From positions 67,518,001 to 67,582,000 of the forward strand of contig OX597826.1 in NCBI GenBank assembly GCA_951406725.2: a DNA stretch of 64,000 nt, given 5' to 3'. A model generated the notes under the pieces. That model saw only the letters and a list, made by a program, of their open reading frames with translations, was not told where the DNA came from and searched no databases. Position 1 is the stretch's first letter. Each line of letters begins with the position of its first letter. Below are positions 54,711 through 64,000 of the stretch, in pieces. Source of the DNA: Octopus vulgaris. Its lineage: Eukaryota. The translations under genes and the position numbers were made by a program.

Positions 54711-56834
54711 CATTTTGTTATAAGCCTGATGTAATCGTCCTCCGAAATCATATCGATTAGACTTTAGGGACTGAACTGATGAGATTACACTGGTTGACGA
54801 AATTTCATCAGCATTTTCAGCGAGACTTTTGTATCAATAATTTTAGCGTCAAGTGCAGATTAAAAGCAGGTACTCAAGCCTCGAACATCGGATCGAAAAT
54901 GCGAAACAATAATGCAGTTTCACATCTGTGATGTCGCAAATATCAAGCGGGCTGTGTATAATGGAAGTATTATTTGCAACGAATAATATGTGATAAATCA
55001 GTTCCCAATATAAATTAAATCAGTCCTGATATAATCTCACTTATTTAGTGTTTAACACTAAACGTCTATACAAAATGATTTCTCTGGGCGACTACCGCAC
55101 TCTTGATCGTTAGTTAAGTGGGATGAGTAGATTAATGTTCGGTTGTTCGATATGATGTTCCTTGCTTGTGTGACTATTGTTGATAAAACGGTGTCATTAC
55201 TTAGTGCTGACGATATTTCTTTCACCAATGTAATCTGTACTTTTCAGCACCTAACGCCCATGTGAGTTCAAACTGGGGAAAATTAGCGCGGCCTGTAGCG
55301 ATCATTACCAACGTATCCAAGTTAAATTGGATCTGCAAGTAAAATTCGTTACAAAAGATGCTCCTGTCGCACGTAGCTAAATCCTCTACAGCCCGCTAAC
55401 GTTTTGTCCACTCTGTGTTTAGCCCCTTATGGGTAGTAAAGAAATAAATATGAAATAACGTACATTTAAACAAAAAAGAAATTACCTTTAACAGGTAATT
55501 TTACACGCTAGAAGAAGCAGTCATATATATCGTATATTTCTAGCAATGGTGGTGGTACCCTGCACCGTCAGTGACAATTAGATACAATTGTTTTTTGGTT
55601 TTTTATTGCATAAAACCGTCTTCGTTATTTTATAATTTTTACATGCCATTTTGGTGAAACAGCCATTGATTCAGACGCTAAATACTGACAATCGAGATTT
55701 AACCAAACCATTCAGTGATGGAATAACCCTATTGAAGAGCTTTGAGTTTAAGGGAAACTAGACTAGTATGGCTATCTCGCTCACTGTGGGGCAGTTCCTC
55801 CCCTGTTAGTGCATACTCTCCCCCACACACATATATACACACATATATGTATGTGAGTGTATTATATCAATGTACAACCTTCCTGGCTGGTAAATGAAGT
55901 ACCAATGCAGGACTGGAGTTTTTGTAGTTGACGACCGTTCTTCTCCAAATTTCAGACATTGTGCTTGTATTATATAAATTATAATTGCTGTTATTATTAT
56001 TTGTATCAAAATATCATAGTGTTTTACCCTTTTAAGAATGTAAATGATTTAGGAAATAGCAGTTGTTGACCTTAATTTTATTTTCATTTGAAACATATGG
56101 TTCGTATATATTGGAATATTCGGTGGAAAAAATATTTACTAACTGAGCGAAAATGAACAGTTTTGGAATCCTCGGTTTAACACATGTATTGAATGGTTGA
56201 CTGAAGCAGGTCATGTTCCTCTAGTTGAAGAAATCTGGCATCTGCTGCCAAGAGATAATTAATTTCTTTAATGAAATCTCTGAAATGGGGAATAGAAATA
56301 GAGGATAAATTTACTTGTAAAATTAATGAACATTCATAAATTGATTTTATAATCTTGTTTCAATACTCATCTTGAAAGGCATGTATTTATATCACTATTC
56401 TCATGGGAAACCTATTGAGAAAGAGAACCTGACCGCTGGATCTGCTAGAAAGTGTAACCATGTTCAGGGGAAATCACGAATTACAGTCTTGACAAGCGAG
56501 AGACTGGTTATTGTATTTCTCTTTTTACTGGAAATAAAAAGATTAAAATAAAAGGAAAACGCTATTGTTATGACTTCAAAGACTTGAAACATTGATCAAC
56601 TCCATTAAAGATGGCATAGAACGAGACAAAAGCAACTACACACAATTTCTTTTAAAATTTTCGGTCTCAGAGATAGTGATGGATACAAGGCACGTATAAA
56701 GTTCTGTCACAAAGGATATTGTCATCTTTAGGTCAGTTTTATGTTTCTTTAAAATTAGCGCTACCGACACCGTAGGTTATCTAAGCAGCAAAATAGATTC
56801 ATGTCTAAACTGATTTGGTCTATAACATCGGTGT

Positions 56835-57065
56835 TAAATTTTAGCACAATGCCAGCAATTTCGGGTCATGGGTAAGTCGATTACATCAATCACAGTGTTC
56901 AACTGGTACTTTATGTTATCGACACGAATAAGATGAAAGGCAGAGTCGACCCCAGCGGAATTTGGGCCAAGAACGCAAAGACGGATGAACTGCCACCAAG
57001 AAAGTAAAAACAAAATGGCGCTAGGTTTCTTACCCGGCGTGCTAATGACTCTGCCTGCACGCCAC
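56835..57065 (-). mobile_element. Decayed SINE family B
   Basis: GATGAAAGGCAGAGTCGACCCCAGCGGAATTTG core. Confidence 0.75.
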
Positions 57066-57629
57066 CATTATTTGGCGTCAAATTTTGATAGAAAAACAAT
57101 TGACGAGTGTACAGTTAGTAGTTACCAGCGGTGTACGAAATTTCATGTGTTAAATGGCTAAACGTTTATCAATACAAGCAACGTTGTAATTTAAGAATAT
57201 CTCGAGAATATAACTGTTTGTAAAGAAGAAATTATTAAGTGGCCAGAGACTGAGTTAAAATGTAATCAAAAGTCTTGACAACAATGTAACAAGACAGCAA
57301 GGTAACTAAAAATTCAATAATAGAAATAACAGCAACGTTCACTTATATAGAACAAGGGTAACAAAAAAATAAAAAAAGGTAGACAGCAGCAATAAAAAAA
57401 ACAATAGTATTACACGGCTTGCAAAAAGTAAGAGCTATATTAATTTCAAATCACTCCTTTCCGCCTTCAATGATGAAAACACGTATTGGATAATATGATA
57501 AATGATGTTTAAAAAATATAATTCACAAAATGTTTAGGGATGGGATATCTTCAGAAGAGAGGTCTGTAAAATCGAGGCCGATTTTTGAATTTAAAAAAGA
57601 TTAATTTATATATCGGTATATTAGTATAG

Positions 57630-57917
57630 GTAGAGGCGCAATGGCCTAGTGGTTAGGGCACCGGTCGCAGGATCGCGGTTTCGATTCTCAGACCGGGCGT
57701 TGTGTGTGTTTATTGAGTGAAAACACCTAAAAGCTCCACGAGGCTCCGGCAGGGGGTGGTGATCCCTGCTGTACTCTTTCACCAATCTTTCTTCTGTTGG
57801 CCTGCTCGCTTAGCCAGCGGGGTGGCGTCATTTGAAGGCTAAAACAATGCGAACGCATTGTGACCATCGATGTGTAACAACATCTGATGGTCTGGTCGGT
57901 CACGTGATCACGTGATA
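57630..57917 (+). mobile_element. SINE family A, tail type 1
   Basis: Near-identical to the 36420 copy; TATTAGTATAG occurs on both flanks (possible TSD). Confidence 0.9.
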
Positions 57918-59254
57918 TTAGTATAGATCATACATTGTATAACATGTTAACTGTATTAATGATTAAGACTGTCATAACTATTTAAGAGCATTCAGTATAT
58001 AACGTGTTGTACTCACGCTTAATATTATGAGAGAAAATACTTCAATTCAATACAAAATTTTATCCGTAATGAGGAGAAAAGCATCTCAATTGAAGAAAGT
58101 TCGTGGAGATCAAGTTGAAATGTAAATGAATATAATACAATATAATGGGAATTATTGCATAGAGCAACAGAAGGATTCAACTAGCCAAGGGAGATAACAC
58201 CAAATACCACATTAACAAATACGTAAAACCGTTTGGAGTCCTGGTGTTTGCTAAATTCTTTGATAACTGTATATGGTTTTATCTTTTTTTTATTTTTGTC
58301 TTATTTGACACTGCTAAGCCAAGGTCTAGATAGTACTTAGCAGATGTTAGACGACTAAGTAAAAGAAAAAGAAAAAAAACTTTGGCTGAAAATTGACTGA
58401 CAGGCGTAACGACCTAAAATAATTAATACGGGTGGAATATCCCAGGCACAAATTCTGTGTGAAATACAAAGAGTTAAATGTGAGCAGACATACAAGCCGA
58501 AGTGAGTCTTAATTAAAATTGCGGAGTTACCAGTCCTGCCTTTCGAAAGGATCAATCGTTAAATTAATCATTACCATCTTTTCTTTTCACAGCATTGTAG
58601 ATCTAGCTCTCTGTACTTGCAAGATTATCCTTGTATATAAATGGATTACTTGGTTCTTTCGCTCGGATTGCTCAAGTGACGTAAACACATCTAGTGACTC
58701 CACAACAAGAATCGAAAATCAACTATAGCGACTACACACGAACACACACACAGATGCACATACTCACAAACTCACAGATAAACACACTTACACAGACATT
58801 CACTCTACACTCATAGCAACACATACACACATACACACACACCCTTACAAACACTCGGTCAAACTCTCTCTCTCGCTCGCTCTTTCACACACACACGCAC
58901 ATATATGATTTATGATTTATAGAGAAGAAGAGTATAAGCCACTGAAGTTAAGCCTGTTTGGAATATACAAGCTCATTTTACCGGTTTTCGTGGTCTTTAA
59001 GTTACAGAAAATACCCATGACACAGTTTATCAGGGTGCAGTTCGCAAAGAGTTTACTCCCACAATGCTGCAGTAGACATTCTTATCTGAGTGTACTGGAG
59101 CGAACAATATAAACTGCCCTGCTCAGTGACACTACGTGACACATGAGCAGGGAGCGCAGATACATCCACTTAATCATTAACCCAACAACTAACCGAGTAG
59201 GCCAAGACGACTTCGCTTATAAGTTATGCCTCATTACCATCTATATTTATAGAA

Positions 59255-61090
<1,836 letters not shown>

Positions 61091-61466
61091 GGCAGCACAC
61101 AAACTGATGCATATTGTACACATGCATGCTAAAGATAAATTGAAGAAATGGAAATAATACAACTCCTTCCAGACATTTAAACACTCAAACCTATTTTATC
61201 ATGCTTCGCCTTCATACAAAGTTGTTGGAGTCATAGTAATTATCTGAACGTTTAAACAATGAGAATCACTCGTACAGACAACACATGTTGTAAACATATC
61301 ACTGATCTTTTGTACTTCTGTCTTATGTCGGTGGAATGTAGACGTGCAAGTGATATTACAGTATTATTTTCTGCTCTAGGCACAAGGCCTTGAAAATTTT
61401 TCGGGCGAAGGGATATCGAGTAAAGCAACTGGTACTTATTTTATCGTCTACGAAAGGTTGAACGTC

Positions 61467-62000
61467 AAAGTCCACCTCAGCGAAATGAATTCAGAATGTA
61501 AAGACAGAGCTCAAATTCCACCGAGGTTGACTTTGCTTTTCATCCTTTCGGGGTCTATTAATTTAGTACCAATTGAGCGTACTGGGGTCGATCTAATCGA
61601 CTGACCGCCTGCCAAAATTTCGGGCCCTGTGCCTAGAGCAGAAAAGTCGACCTCAGCGAAATGAACTCAGAATATAAAGACAGAGCTCAAATTCCACCGA
61701 GGTTGACTTTGCCTTCTCATCCTTTCGCGATCTATAAATTTAGTACCAATTGCGCGTACTGGGGTCGATCTAATCGACTGACCTCCTGCCAAAATTTCGG
61801 GCCCTGTGGTTGAACGTCAAAGTCGACCTCAGCGAAATGAACTCAGAATATAAAGACAGGGCTCAAATTCCACCGAGGTTGACTTTGCTTTTCATCCTTT
61901 CGGGGTCTATTAATTTAGTACCAATTGCGCGTACTGGGGTCGATCTAATCGACTGACCTCCTGCCAAAATTTCGGGCCTTGTGCCTAGAGTAGAAAAGAA
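61467..62000. repeat. Three tandem 176-bp units built from head-to-head SINE B fragments
   Basis: AAAGTC(C/G)ACCTCAGCGAAATGAA at 61467, 61643 and 61819. Confidence 0.92.
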
Positions 62001-62444
62001 TATTCAAGCATTTTAGTCGGTCTTAACGATCTATATTTATCTGATCAATATTGCACTATTGTTTTTCGTGTATTTTAAATATTTTTGGTGCATCGGGATG
62101 CACCAATTTATATCCCTATGCGCGAACATAAAGATGCATAAAGCTGTACATCTTTTATTCCTTTGATGTTCTACTTGTTCCAGTCGTTGCACTGCGGCCT
62201 TGCTTGGGCACAAAATTTTAGGGTTTAATTTAATAAAATCGACGCTGGTAGTCAATTTTTGTTTGTTTGTAAGATTGGTAGTTATTGTGTTGGTATCATA
62301 CTCTGAAACACTAAGTTATCAAAATGAAAACAAAACAAATCAGGTTGCCAAGCAACAGTAGAGATAAACACAAATACAGGCATGTACATACATACATATA
62401 TACATACATATATATATTATTTATATATATATATTATTTATATA

Positions 62445-62835
62445 TAGGCTATGTGGTAAGAAGCTTGCTTCCAAACCACATTGATACGGGTTGAGTCCCA
62501 TTACGTGGCATTTAGGGAAAGTGTCTTCTACTGTAGACTCGGGCAGACCGAATCCTTCTGAATGGATTTGGTTGACAGAAACTGAAAGACATATATATAT
62601 GTATGTATGCATGCGCGTATATATTTGTGTATTTGTGTATTTGTGTTTGTATCCCCACCATCGCTTGACAACCGATGTTGGTATGCTTGCGTCCACGTAT
62701 CTTAACATTTCGGCAAAAGAGTTCGATAGCATAATTACTAGGCTTACAAAAAATAAGTCCTGGGGGCGATTTGCTCGACTAACGACGGTGCTCCAGCATG
62801 GCCGCAGTCAAATGAATGAAACAAGTAAAAGAGTA
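62445..62835 (+). mobile_element. SINE family C
   Basis: Head, microsatellite and tail. Confidence 0.88.
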
Positions 62836-62924
62836 TAGATATATTTAGCGTTTCCTGCTTCATCTGTGTTACAAACGCGTCAGTCTACATTCATAATCAA
62901 TGGTGGTGTTTCTCAGTAACTGGA

Positions 62925-63395
62925 GACGGCGAGCTGGCGGAATCGTTAGCACGCCGGGCAAGATGCTCTGCGGCATTTCGTCCGACTTCACGTCATGAGT
63001 GCAAATCCCGCCGAGGTCACCTTTGCCATTCATACTTTCGAAGTCGATAAATTAATTGCCCCTGAACAACTGGGGTCAATGTAGATGACTGACTCCCTTA
63101 CCCAAAATTCCTGGCCTTGTATCAAAATTTGAAGTAAATTTTTCTGGGTAACTAACCCGGTCTTAGACTAGACACGACACGTACTACGCATATAAATATT
63201 GCTTTTAAATTTTAGCCCAATACCAGTAATTCCGAAGGAGAATGGAAGTTGATTACATCAATCCCAATGCTTAAGCAGTGCTTATTTTATCCACCCCGAA
63301 GGACAAAAAGCAAAGTAAAAAGCATAGCGGAATTTGAACTCAGAACATACGAAATACCTCTAATCATTTTCCCAGGCGTGCGAACGCTTCTGCCC
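62925..63395. mobile_element. Tail-to-tail pair of SINE family B copies
   Basis: Plus copy at 62925-63135, minus copy at about 63205-63395. Confidence 0.78.
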
Positions 63396-63921
63396 ACCTT
63401 AGCATACATATAAATTGTGAAAATTACACACTTAGAATGTTGGGTTAATGGTTCCGTATATTAAAATCTAGACTGACACTAAGTTTGAAAGTTCTAGAGA
63501 CCATGGAAAAAAAATAAAAGACTTGATAAATCTTAACATATCAGTTATGCCAGATTAGATTTTAATAATTCCTTTTTTCGAAAATATTCTTTTTTAAGTG
63601 ACTGAACTTCTAAGTTCTTCCGATTTTGTTCTTTCTCTTCTGTCTCAGTCTTTGGTTATATATTTATTTTGAGCTTCTTTGAGATTATAAACAGATATGG
63701 CGGATATGTTGTCGTGTATATTAACTCGCCGAAAGAAATTCTGCACACTAGTACTGATACAGACACCGACTCACAGACACAGACAAGTATGTATGCATGC
63801 ATACGTTCATGTATTTATGTATGTATGTATGTATGACCCTTTCTGGAAAGATAAGTGTAAAGTACTTGATAAATTCGAGGTAATATATATATATATATGC
63901 GCGCGCGCGCGCGCGTGTGTG

Positions 63922-64000
63922 TGTGGAGGTGCACTGGCCCATTGGTTAGGGCAACGTACTCGCGGTCGTAGGATCGCGGTTTCTCATCCCAGACCGGGCG
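63922..64000 (+). mobile_element. SINE family A head (cut by window end)
   Basis: GGAGGTGCACTGGCCCATTGGTTAGGGC...CCCAGACCGGGCG. Confidence 0.85.

Noticed and set aside
54775-54812. CTGATGA...GAAA motif
   Set aside because: A simple hairpin (CTGATGAGATT/AATTTCATCAG) with no stem I or valid stem II.
55728-55767. Degenerate hammerhead (TTGAAGA..GAAACTAGAC)
   Set aside because: Two core mismatches and weak stems; compatible with chance.

Overview
Eukaryotic, AT-rich, microsatellite-dense, almost entirely non-coding DNA. The SINE families and the (TA)n/(CA)n/(ATCT)n load suggest a coleoid cephalopod, probably Octopus (inference, no database check). No intact host gene is recognisable, and most of the supplied ORFs are translated microsatellites. 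Contents: a 4.8 kb 26-bp satellite with a 22-bp island, abutting a truncated Ty3/gypsy integrase; four tRNA-derived SINE families; fragments of CR1-like, RTE and Penelope-like (PLE) retroelements; Tc1/mariner, maT (DD37D) and piggyBac-type remnants; and non-autonomous Helitrons. The main hidden signal is a cluster of seven type-I hammerhead ribozyme motifs at 33.4-41.2 kb, representing six unrelated sequence families. Two or three decayed motifs lie elsewhere. They sit in short, often inverted-repeat-flanked PLE/retrozyme-like modules beside (TA)n tracts. All calls come from reading the sequence by eye, and boundaries of decayed elements are approximate.
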